DNA of 37,439 bases. It comes from Utricularia gibba (taxonomy: Eukaryota > Plantae > Magnoliophyta). Position 1 is the first letter of the stretch; each line of letters begins with the position of its first letter. Of the stretch, positions 11,884-23,509 are shown one piece after another. Where the stretch lies: NCBI GenBank assembly GCA_002189035.1, contig NEEC01000108.1:1-37439 (forward strand), read 5' to 3'. A program made the position numbers and the translations under genes. Below the pieces are notes generated by a model that was given only the letters and a program-made list of their open reading frames with translations, was not told where the DNA came from and made no database searches.

Positions 11884-13471
11884 TCCCTGCAACGGACAGC
11901 ATATAAAAAGTTCGATCAAATGGATATAAGCATCAAACTAAACAGAGAAACAGATAACTACATGGAGCAACCACCAACACTATCATTCCCATTTCAAAAA
12001 CACCTTCTGAATATGAGTGACCACCGAAATAGCCTATTCTTGTTCCATTTTGTAAGCAACTTATTTTACAGTTAAGAGCCAAGGTTTTGGATGGAACTCA
12101 TCATGTAAAATAGAACATGAATGCGAATCCAAAGTATCTTCCTAATTTAGAAAGAGAATCAAACATTCACTACCTTAAAGTTAAGTTCTTGAGAGATGTC
12201 AGAAACCAGGGGGCTACAGGGTTTCCACTGACGGCGCTGCCAAACAAGAGGAACAATGCATCTCATCAGATATGCTGGGAATCATCTCACACCAAATCCC
12301 TAATACTAGTAGATGAATTCAAGCTTCAAATCTTTTCACCAATCAACGAAGAGAAACTATCAGCTTCATCGGCATCTCACAGATCCTTGCCGGAAGTCAT
12401 ATATTTCAATCGAATGGGGGCGTACCTGCGTCAAACTTAGCGCTTCTCCAAAGCAACCCGCCGGTCCTAGGGCTCCGGTTGGCGAAACCGGAGACTCCTG
12501 ATTCAGTTAATATTTCAGCCGCCGGCATCCGCTTTTTTATTTTTATTTTCTACAAAAACTATGTATTACATTTTTGCCTCCCATTTTCACTGTTTTCCCA
12601 AAATCCTCCAAGAGAAAGCTATATCTTGTCACTTGTGCCGTTCGAACGGAAACCAAGCGAACTGCGTTGCGCGTTCTTTGGCTTCAGTTGCCATCAAATT
12701 TGGGGTGTGAGTTCATCATTCATATTCAGAAAAAGACAACAGAACAAGGTATGAGTTGATTTTGCCTAACTGTTGGGTCAAATTTTATATTGAAGATTAC
12801 TTCGTCCTACCTGACTTTTGGCGATGGGATTCATCCCTGTCCCATTTGGGTCTTACGTGATTGATTATAATTCCTTTGATTCTAAAGATTGTCTTTTGAG
12901 GCTGATTGTGCAGAAAGACAAGATCTTTGTATTTACTCATTCATGAATTGTCGATAAGATTCTAGTTTTCGGTATTCCGAGTCGCTGAAGTTTGAACAAG
13001 AGGTGAAGTGATCGAGAAGTGCATAATTTTCGAATGCTTTCGAGGGGAAGATGGCATAATTCAATGTTAATCACATGAACCAAACCTTGAATGATTTGGA
13101 GTTGAGTTAAATGCAAAAACGCAGCCATTGGTGTAATATAATTTGAGCTTTAGCTTGGCCTGTGATAGCGTTAAGAATTCCTGTTTTGGCTCTATATTCT
13201 TATGCTTTTCAGTAAATGGTCTGCATCATCCCTGCTTAATGGACCGGGATGTCTTCTGAGTATCCTTGCATTGTATAGTATGGAGTTGGCTTTTTTTGCT
13301 GATGTTAGAATCTTTCAAACAATTTCATATATGTTTGCTGTCGAAGTTCTTTCTGATATATGGGATTGACTCTCTTTTTTATCGTTTTCATTTCAGGCTG
13401 ACAAGATTGAAGAAAGATTGAGGAACTGACTCTAATGATATTTTGAAAGTAGTACTTGTGTGTATTGTGGT

Positions 13472-14459
13472 ATGGTTGTTAACGCCCTTGCAGAGTCGTT
13501 TATCAAACCCTCTAGACCTGAATGTATGGTGCAAGTGGCTCTGAATTCCTTTGTTTCTCTTGGAAAGATTAATGGGCTGTTGAAAAACTTCAGAAGTTCG
13601 GATTCATACAGCAGCTTTTGCATTGAAAGAGCCACTAAAAGATCTTGTCTGTTGGACAAGAGAACTCGATCTCAAACAAGTGCCATGATCTTCAGGCCGA
13701 AAGGTGTCAAAACTCAGAGCATGCCACATGAAAGTGTTGCGGATTTGGATGATGACGACTCTGAGCTCTGCCCTGTCGATTGTGTAAGGGAGTTCAAGAC
13801 GGAAGAGGAGTTTTCAAGGTTTCTCAGGAAGTCTGCAACTTTAAATGCACTCGTTGTGGTGGACTTCTACCGAACCTCCTGTGGAAGCTGCAAGTACATA
13901 GAACAGGGTTTTGCAAAGCTATGCAAGGGTACAGCAGACAATGAAGTTCCCATTATTTTTCTGAAACACAATGTGAGTGTGCCCGCGTTTTGTTTTCAGT
14001 TTGTTGTGTATCCAAATCAATTTATGCAGTTGAAGTGGAGGGCAGAAGCTTCTCATGTTGTTTTCTTTTTCGTTTTTCTACTGTTCTACTGCAGGTTCTT
14101 GATGAATATGATGAGCAAACTGAGGTGGCTGAGAATCTTCGAATTCGGGTATGCCTTCTAGTCCTCTTCTGCAGTTCTGATTCTGAGAATGTATCTGCAT
14201 ATTGATGTTCATTGAGAACTAGGCCTATTAGAATTTCATGGATAAATATCATTCGACTCTGTCTAACTTCAAGAATTCAAGTAGCCACATTGTTTCTCAA
14301 CATAACCAGTGAAGCTGTTTGTTGCAGAGCGTCCCACTTTTCCATTTCTACAAAAATGGAGCCCTCTTGGAAGCATTTGCTACAAGAGATAAGGAGCGAA
14401 TACTTGAAGCCATACGCAGGTACACAGGTTCAGCTTCTTCAGCTGCCAGTTCAATCTAG
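13472..14459 (+). CDS. Thioredoxin-like 4, chloroplastic type (CGSC motif), 3 coding exons. 5'UTR intron 12749-13396
   Basis: CPVDCVREFKT, VVDFYRTSCGSCKYIEQGFAKLC, FLKHN|VLDEYDEQTEVAENLRIR|SVPLFHFYKNGALLEAFATRDKE. Stop TAG at 14457-14459. Confidence 0.88.
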
Positions 14460-14494
14460 AGATGCACATTCGCTGTTGCTTGAGTTCCAGCTGA

Positions 14495-14629
14495 GAATAT
14501 GATAGATTTCAATGCATGAATGAATATGATAGATTTCAATCATGGCATAAATGGATATGATAGATTTCAATGCATGAAAGCTTGTACCATTTATGCATGC
14601 ACAGCTTGTACCATTTATGCATGCACAGC
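14495..14629. repeat. Compound tandem duplication: 3x ATATGATAGATTTCAAT (spacing 27 and 31 nt) followed by 2x 24-bp AGCTTGTACCATTTATGCATGCAC
   Basis: Copies start at 14497, 14524, 14555 and at 14579, 14603; read directly. Confidence 0.9.
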
Positions 14630-14999
14630 ATCATTACACTATTCTCAATGTTTTTTTCACTTTTCTTCTTGCCAAGCACACTTTGTTATTAGGAAAATGC
14701 TCAAATAACATATTCCAGTAACTTTTAAAGACTTCCACAGCATCATTTCCCTACTCTTCCAAGCAGGATGTTCTGTGCTTTATAACCTGCTGGCATTCAG
14801 CCTTTATTGGGCACCAGTGTATTGTGTATTGAAAAAGCAAAGCTTTATGCGTATTTCCATGAATTGAAAAATCCAAATCCCGCTGTATACAAAGTGCTGG
14901 CTTGAATCAAAAGGACACTTCTTTCTCAAGGGAGAGTTTCCTTCTGTTGGTTGAAAAGAATTACTCTTACAACTGCTACAGCACAAGTTTTATTCCGTT

Positions 15000-16571
15000 T
15001 CATGTCTCATGCTCAAGAACTTGCACTCCAGGTCCGTATATCAGCCTGCATCGTTCATGGAAAGAGCCAACGAGCCGGGAGACAACTTCCTTGAAGAACA
15101 CATTAGCAATCTGCAGACAGAATACTGATGTCATTACCAAAAGACAAATGGCTGCAAAAATTTTGAGTTTCTGCTAGGAGCTAACTGCCTGCAACTCCCT
15201 TGTTTCTATCTGAACTCTCTTAAGAATTCATTCATCTAACATAGCAAAAAAACAGGTTCTTTTCCAACAAGAAAAGGTCCATCACATGATTTTATAGCTG
15301 TTGTGACAAAGCATGATTTTCGTAAACGATGATTTTGGCAGGGTCATACCAGTAATATGTATGCAAAGTCAATAAAAAGGCAACCATAACTAGATGAGAA
15401 AGTCTCACACCTGCCGATAGAATGGTGACTGAAATTTGAAGTCTACCAGGAAGTACAAGCTGCAGCTTCCTGGAACTGGTCCAGGATTGAACTCCCAGAC
15501 ATTGATCAAATGATGGAAGAGGCTACTCTCAGAAGATGTTGTCTGCAGGAATCACCAACGAACTAACATGAACAACAACAGCAAATAGGGGATGATTAAG
15601 GAAATGCAATACAAAAGGCAGATCCTTTAGAAAATCAGGAGGATAAACACTACTCATTAGTGCAAAAAAAAAAAAAAGAGAAAACTAACTCACGCGAACA
15701 CCTAAATGCTCCTTTCAAGATGAGAAAACACGGTAAAAAAAACCAGGAACCATAATGAATATGCAGATTCACTCAAAATACAATAAGGTCATTGGCAGAC
15801 AACGCTTTATTGGCTAATATCCACGCCGTCAGGTTCACAACGATCATGACTTTCAGTTAGAATGCACCATAAACAAAATTACTGGCCTCGTTTTGATGCT
15901 TTATTTCTAATTTCACAGGAAGACATGTAAATCCGCCAACACATTGTGGAAAAAACAAAAACAAAAATCAGACTGACCATGGCAGTAAATCACAACCTTT
16001 ATATATTTTGGGCTCTTGAGTTCCACATGAGAAATGTAACTTTCAACAAGAAATTTGAAGCCAATTTCAAGCTCGGCATCAAAACTTCCATCCGGGTTAT
16101 GGCTAACTATATTAGACCTTTGACACCACGGAAGAAAATCTTCATACAAATCAACAGCCGCAACCACATTGAACAGCTGCTCTGGTTTGTACCTATCAAA
16201 AAGTAAAAATAATACCATTCCATAGCCCATGAACAAATCGGATCACATAGACATGATTAAGATGAGAATGATTACCCTAAAACCCGTCTTTCTTCGTATA
16301 CCTTTGACAGCATATTCCCCTCCTCGCCATCGCCGCATCCCAAAAATCCTCTTTTCTGTAAAAAGGTTTCGCCGGCGTTCGAAAGTATCCGATATTCCTT
16401 GAATCGACGGTCGCCGAAACCTTTTGTGACTACATTCTCCGAGGAGTATGGTACATGGGTTCCGACTGAACTATGCAAACTCCGAAACGGGTCATAATTG
16501 AAGTAATTTCTCAACCCTCTCCTGGGTGAATTCCGGTGAAGAACCAACCCCGCCACCGCCTTCAGAAACAT
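15000..16571 (-). CDS. COQ10: Coenzyme Q-binding protein COQ10 homolog (START/polyketide cyclase fold), mitochondrial, 4 exons
   Basis: YEERRVLG|YKPEQLFNVVAAVDLYEDFLPWCQRS, AELEIGFKFLVESYISHV, LFHHLINVWEFNPGP..FKFQSPFYRQ|IANVFFKEVVSRLVGSFHERC. Arg-rich N-terminal presequence. Confidence 0.9.
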
Positions 16572-17107
16572 TCAATAAAGATCCCAACTTCCACAGTTTC
16601 TCGGCCTTTATCGGTCAAGTTCAAGTCTTGCAACCCCTCCGATGCGACGGAATCCGTGGACGACCGATCGTTGATCAATGGAAACGTCTCTCAACTCCTA
16701 ATTCATTTCCATATTTCCATTTGCAGTTTTTTTCTAGATTTTATAGATTCATGTTTCTTTTTCAACCCTAAAAAAGAAATAAAAATTCTTATCTGATATT
16801 TCCAATTTAAAGTTTTAATTTTTTTTACAGAAATTATTACATCCAATTAGTTTTTCCAGAATTTATTTATTTATTTTTTTATAAAATCCATGATTTTAAA
16901 CACATTACCTTTGAACCCATCATTATATCATTATTTTCCTTTCACAAGGCAAACGCAGCCAACAGGAAATGAATCGATTCAGTGCTGATAGAACTAAAAT
17001 CATCATGTTTTTTACATACAAGAAATGTGGGTATGATTCCAAAGCTTAAGGAATTGTTAGCTCTTGAACCCCAATAGCTTCTAGCAAAAAAAGGTATCTG
17101 CAGATCG

Positions 17108-19097
17108 CTAAGGCCTACTCTCTTTCTCGCTCTGACTAAGAATCTGTTCTACGCAGAACTGATAGAAATCTTCGCTGACCTTCTTCCATTGCTGGTTCAT
17201 TTGATTGCTTCGTTGGAGACTGCTTCTGAGCTCCTCTACCTCTCCTTGAGTGCTTCCAGAAGTGGGTTCTCGACGCTGTCAAGGAGATGAGATCAGTAAC
17301 CAAATGAGATGAAGGAGAAGAACTCATGCGATGAGTGTCATGTTTTGCTAGTGACTGTGAACCTGGTGGTTGTTTATTTGCTCCATCATGAACTGGATGC
17401 TGTCGCATACTGGCTCAGGTGGTTGACGTGAAGATGCTGGAACGCAAGCCATGGCCTTGACATGGGGATTCTCTTCTGTTGAACCATGCTTTCTTTGAGA
17501 AGCAGCAGCGGATTCCCAGGGATTGTGGGGTGTTTTTTGTCTGATAAACTGAACGTTGCTGATGGGACCTGCAACAGCAACCAATTTAGCATATGAATTC
17601 ACTGGAACTCTTAACAGAAACTGCATTGGGAGGAGACCTGTTGTGTGCTTAAGGGAATGCACCAACTTGGATGTTCTGGTATCCCATACTCTTATCATTC
17701 CGTTCTCTAATCCAAAGGCCAATAGAGATCCATCATAACTAGAAGCCAAGCAGGTTACACCAATCCTGAACCAAAGAGATGGGGTATTCGATCAATGGAA
17801 ATAGCAACAAAAAATGTCTGTTTGGAACTATTCCAAATTCCCCAGAAGTCTGTAGGAGCTGGGGACTGTTCTTCAGCTTCAGTAAAGAATGGAAGAAGCT
17901 CATACCCTTGCTTTAAAGATGAACCCATTATGTCTTTTACATTCCTACTGCTGGAGGATGATGTAGCATTGAGTTCTCTGACATATATGTTGCCATCTCG
18001 AGCACCAGCATAAATTACTTCCTCCAAGGGATCCAAAGAAATGGCATTCACGGCAGACGGAAGTCTAATTTCTCGAATGAGTTCCCCTGTCGCTAATCTC
18101 CAAACCTGTGAAAGAATGATACTTTGGGTCGCAGATATTCTCCAGATGATCAGCTCAACAACCTGATTCTTAAACATGCCACATTTGATAGAGAAGCAGA
18201 CACTGAGTAGAAGAAGCATCACAAACCTTGCAGGTATGATCCTCAGAAGCCGAAACAATGAATGGATATGGTGTGGAAAAACATAACTTAACATCAGTGA
18301 CTTTCAGGTAGTGTGCTTGAATACTGCGGTCATAAGGTTGCTTTGCTTTTTCTAGTAACGCATCATCAAGCATCCTGATGCAAAATAACAGCTTTGATCA
18401 GGAAGAACGCACCCAAGAGACTGCAACCAATTGGGCATGCATAGAATGGTAACATACAAGAAAAGAGGCCAAACGCGAATGCATCCATCGTTCGACCCTG
18501 AAACCAAAAGGGATTCATACAAAGCTAAGCAGGTAACTGCTGAATAATGCGCATGCCATTTCTTAACCAATCTCTTAGACAAAACCTACAGAAATGGATG
18601 ATTAGCCAGATATCATTCAGCGACTGCCACATGAATCAAAAATTACCTCCCACAAGTATAGATCCCCAGAAACACCTCCACCCACAATCAAAGTTCCTTG
18701 AATATCCGAAACAAGTGGTCCTATAGGCTCATTCTGTTTGCTCATCACGTCAACTTGAGCCTGAAAGTTCACAGCGAAATCAGAACACAAATCCAGTCCT
18801 CTCACAATTATGAAGTCGCAGTCATTGTTGGAAACGTACGGGTAACAATGAAAATGCATCAACTACACGCCCAAATGAGAAAAAAATTACCTTGTTCCAA
18901 GACCAATAGGAAATAGAGCCTGAGGACTTGCCCTCAGTGAACTGAGAAGAAGCGAAGCCGCCAGCGACAGGGACTAGGCCATGAGACGGGGAGGCGCAGG
19001 GTTTATAACGTCGCCGCTCAGCTCCCGCTTTGAGGTCCCAACAGCTGACGGCGGCGTCCACCGGCGACGAAGCGATAAGTATCTCCGCCTCCATCAA
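17108..19097 (-). CDS. RID3: WD40 protein ROOT INITIATION DEFECTIVE 3 / IPI3-like (pre-rRNA processing), 8 exons
   Basis: CWDL..RRYKPCAS..WSWNK, EPIGPL..GGGVSGDLYLWE, WHAHYSAVTCL, SASEDHTCKVW, SAVNAISLDP, C-terminal coiled coil QRSNQMNQQWKKVSEDFYQFC. GT-AG introns traced. Confidence 0.82.
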
Positions 19098-19196
19098 ACC
19101 CGGAAATCAATTGGCTTCTCTTACTTTTAATTTTTCCCCGGATACGAAGCAATGTCCAATAGTCGTGAATAAGCAACCACGAAACCCCAAATCCCT

Positions 19197-19280
19197 AAAC
19201 CCTATTGACATCTCCCTCTTCGGCCATCGCCATGGAGAGCTTCCCTTGCTCTGAGCCCACCAAAATGGGCCTTCAGCCCA
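19197..19280. promoter_or_regulatory. Telo-box (AAACCCTA 19197-19204) plus three site II motifs (AGCCCA 19254, TGGGCC 19266, AGCCCA 19275) upstream of RID3
   Basis: Motifs read directly. This module is typical of ribosome-biogenesis gene promoters, which fits RID3. Confidence 0.7.
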
Positions 19281-19976
19281 CTCTAAAGCCACATTTTCTT
19301 TTGCTTGTGTGGACTGTGGATGGATGTCACCAAAGATATCTAGTAGCTTCCTGCTACGTAGCCTTTCATGTTTCAATGGAAGTAATCCATTGCTGCACAC
19401 ATACCATCAGACGCAGCACTGAATCCAAAGGGAGGAGGAGATGAAGCTGAAGGATAATCAAGAAATGAACAGATAAAAAGCCTGTGCAGTTGGTGGAGTT
19501 GGTGAACAGAAAGCCAACACAGTGTTTGGAATCTTTTCTGAGGTAACTCTAAAATGGCTCGTTAAAGATTGCTTTTTGACTCCAAGGGCATGGAAAAAGG
19601 CAGAAAGACGAACCTTGATTCAAAAGAAATGCGTTCAAAAGTCAGACTTGGTAGGAAAATCTGAGGCATCATCGAGGAACACATAAGAAACCCGAACCAT
19701 TTTCTGCACCTTTGAGAGAAATCAGCAGTACAGCAAAATCGTGTTATGGGCTACGCCAACAGCAGAGTTTTTTTCTTTTCTTGTCAGCACCACGAAGGCA
19801 AATTCCAAATCCTGCAACTCCGGGAAGAAAACACAGTGAATGGGTCAATTCATTACACACCAATGGAGACAAAACCCTGGAAGTTACTACAAGACTTGTC
19901 CATCGTTGGAAAAGATCAGAATTTTACCAAATAAATTGTTATTATTTAAATATGAATGTTCTACATCGGAGGGAGC

Positions 19977-22238
19977 TCAATGTAGCGGCCTAGTGACGAC
20001 AATGGGGCTTGTGACGGCATGTTTACCGGCGGTTTCTACCCAAACCAATGAACCGTACAAAACGGAAGTTCTTAACTGCAAGGCGCCTTCTACGGTGAGC
20101 TTGAAGCTTTTCTTCTCGTGCATGTTGTTGAACTCCAGTCTATCCGGCACCACCGTGACCTTCACGCCGCTGTCGAAGGCCGACGTCTTCGCCACGTAAA
20201 CGGCCCTCCCGTTCCCCATGTACGTCACCGTCCTGCGGAACTCCTTCACCGTGTGGCTACTGGCGTCGAAGAAGGCTATGAAAGAAGGGTAGTTCAGATC
20301 CAAGGAAGGACTGGAGCAGTGGAAAGTCCCTGATCTGGTGATGGCTTTTATCTGGTTTGCGGTGAAGTTTAGTCCGCAGAGAAGATTGATGTAATCTTGG
20401 GAAGATGAATCGTAAACAAGTCCTGGGTTTAAAGCTTTGTTTGGATCGATGTGTCCAGCTCCAATCCCCAGGGGAGTCGCAGCTCTGTTCTGGAATCCTA
20501 GATCTTTGATCGGGGTTCGGGTGTTGTCGAGTTGGTAGGCGGTGGTCATGATGGCGGATCTGATCGCCGCCGGCGACCAATCACGATGGACTGCCCTGAT
20601 TAGGGCAGCGACTCCTGCTGCATGGGGACACGCCATTGATGTCCCTGAAGCTATGTTGAACTTACTGAAGAGATTTCTAAAGTCTATCTCTTTTGCTAAT
20701 AGTGAAGCCGGGGCCATGCTGCTATAATCATGTCTCCGGGAGCCATAATATCCGGTTTCAGAACATGTGGGCAACTCCTCGACGGTCCACGGGCGCTGTA
20801 GGATGGGAGCTGCGGCGCCGGGCGGGTTCCGGTGACCGTTCCCCCGAAGTGTGAAAATCGTGCGTTTGGGTCAGGGGAGTTTTTTAAGTAATCGAGAATT
20901 TTCCGGCCTTGCTCCGGCGAGAGAAACAGCGCCGGATACGGAACACGGATTCGAGACGATAAATCGCCGTCAGCAGTAATGAAAACGCCGGCGTTTACGC
21001 CGGAATCTTGAACGCAATATATTTGAATTCCCAATAACCCATCGGAGTCAGAGGAGCAAACAGCAATTTTGTGCTGCTGTTTTCTCAGCAAGTCCTCGTC
21101 GTCACAAGTCGCCATAAGAACAAGAGGAAGCTCAGCAGAGGAGTGGTTTCCGTAAAACAGAGAAAGCCCATCTATGGCAACACCGTTGCCGAGAGTTATC
21201 GTTCCCCTGAATTCCCGGTCCATGACAGCCGCCGCGACGGTGAGAACCCACGGCGTTCCGTTATGCAGAGACGCAGAATTCGGGCCATCGTTCCCGGAAG
21301 AAGTTACGACAAAGATACCTTTCTCCATAGCAGCGAAGGACGCAATTGCAATCGGATCAGTATACAGAGGATGATTATCGAATCCCAAAGACAACGATAT
21401 CACATCGACGCCATCTTCAATCGCTTGATCAATCGCAGCAATTATGTCAGATGCTGCAGAACCCTCCTCCCACACAGCCTTATACATGGCTAATCTAGCT
21501 TTAGGCGCCGCGCCTCTGGCGTCGCCGGAGCCGTACCCGAAAAACGAAGTTCCCGGAACGACGCTCCCCCCGCAGTGGACGAAGTATGGGTACCGTGGCC
21601 ATCGGAGTCGCGAGCGGAGTTCATCGAAATCTTCAAATTGCGATTTCCGGCGAGGAGCCCGCGGTTGAAGTAACGAGCTCCGATGAGCTTTTTGTTACAG
21701 GTGGAGGAATTAAACATCACCCCTGCTTGGCATATCCCTTTCCATCTCAACGGGATTTCTTTCATTCCTCCGTCTTTAAAGCTATCACTTTCCGGCCATA
21801 TTCCCGTATCCACGACTCCGATGATCACATCATCCCCGTAATTAGAATCCGGCCACACCCAGCACCGGAATTCAATCCCAGAAACTGGTAAGAATGAGTC
21901 GTATCCAACCTCACGCTGGAATCCTTGATACAAGAAACAAAACCAGGGGAATTCTTAACAGCTTCAAGCTCCGAAGAAGAGAGAGCTGCACTAAACCCAC
22001 TAATGGCGTGAGTATAAGAATACACCAGCTTGGAAAGGGGTCGATCCGTGACAGAGGCCACGGTGTTCAAGTGCCAGTTTTGATGATCGGAGTAGGCCCT
22101 GGGCATGGCCGATCCGTCCATGAAGATAATGTAAACCTCCGCCTCCGCAGAAGTAGACGTCAAGTACCCATTTGCCTTCTGCAAGCCGAGGAGAGAAAGA
22201 AGCAGCAGGAGGCGGGGAGAGAAGCCCGGAAGCAGCAT
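19977..22238 (-). CDS. Subtilisin-like serine protease (SBT1.9-like), intronless, split by three 1-nt frameshifts
   Basis: Signal peptide and I9 prodomain ([18 protein letters not shown]). Catalytic D ([10 protein letters not shown]), H ([10 protein letters not shown]) and S (SGTSMACPH) are present, plus PA domain and Fn3 C-terminus (DLNYPSF). The four ORF-track pieces join end to end. Confidence 0.92.
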
Positions 22239-23487
22239 GGCAGCGGTGCTCCTGATTGCCGGTGCACAGATTCTGTGAATAATTCACTAATCAGAGAACA
22301 GGTGTCGCTGTTGTGCTCCGATGACCGGGATAATGCTTTTTCCAAAAGCCACTCACCGCGTGTGCCGTGTCCACATTGAACTCAACTCACCATCTTCCTC
22401 CCCTGTCGATCATCCCCATTCCGGCCAAAAACTGCCCTCCTTTTCAACCATGAATGCCTCCAATCAACAAGACGTCCTCCTCTCGTCTCCCCTGGTAACA
22501 CAAACCTCACATGAAAACCTAACACATTTATAAAATATTTAATTAATTTCATAATTAAAAATATAATATTTTCTTTTTGTCAACAAAAAAGTTGTCTATT
22601 TTGGAAAAAGAAAATACCGAGTAGAACAAGAAAGTCATATTAAAAATTTATTTAATCACAACTATTTTTCTAATATTCTATATAAATTAAATTATAATTT
22701 TTTATTAAATATATTACCACTAATTTCTTTTTAAATATATAATTAATAATTATTATTATAATGATTCACTTTATTCTTGTACTCTCTGTTTTGAATATCA
22801 AAATTTTACGATTTTATATTATTTTCTTTCAAGAAAAAAACATCATTACAAAATTAGATTCATTTTATATAAATTGTATCTTTATTTCATTCATAATTAA
22901 TGTGGGATTCACTAAAATTTATTAAATTCTCACAATAATATAGATATCATTTCAATTTTCTATTTATAACTACTTTTATTATTAAAAATTAAAACACATA
23001 TATTTATTGATCAAAAAATCTTTTTAAATAACATTTTTACAAAATATATTCGATCTTTCTAATATTTTTATTTTTATATAAATTAATCTCATACACTTCA
23101 ATTTTATTATACTCATTAACATTAATATTTTTTTCTTTTTTTCCATTCCTCTACACGACTCATCTCTAGGGGTCATTCACAAAAGTAAACATTATCATAT
23201 TCGTTTACCTAGTCAACAAAATACGTCTAAGGTGGCTATTTTTTTTATATAGTGTATAACACATGTCCAAATTTCTAATTCATCTCATTTTTAGGTCTTC
23301 CAATCTTGTTTCTCATTTCTGGAAATAATTTCTACTTCAAATGTATGTATGGTTACTACGGACCATAAGTCGGTCCGTAGACAATAAGTAGAAGGATTCA
23401 ATCGATACTATATTTAGACCATAAACCTTCAATTGATAGATGTGGGATGGAGGAGGAGAGTAGATCCAAAATTGGAATGCAAACGAC

Positions 23488-23509
23488 GGGATGGGATGGG
23501 ATGGGATGG
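23488..23509 (+). repeat. (GGGAT)4 microsatellite forming a canonical G3N2 G-quadruplex motif
   Basis: GGGATGGGATGGGATGGG at 23488-23505. Confidence 0.85.

Noticed and set aside
13260-13267. GTATCCTT, U12-type 5' splice-site-like
   Set aside because: It lies inside a normal U2 leader intron, matches imperfectly, and I found no TCCTTAAC branch site.
23356-23380. The hairpin as a Helitron 3' end
   Set aside because: No CTRR terminus about 10 nt downstream on either strand.
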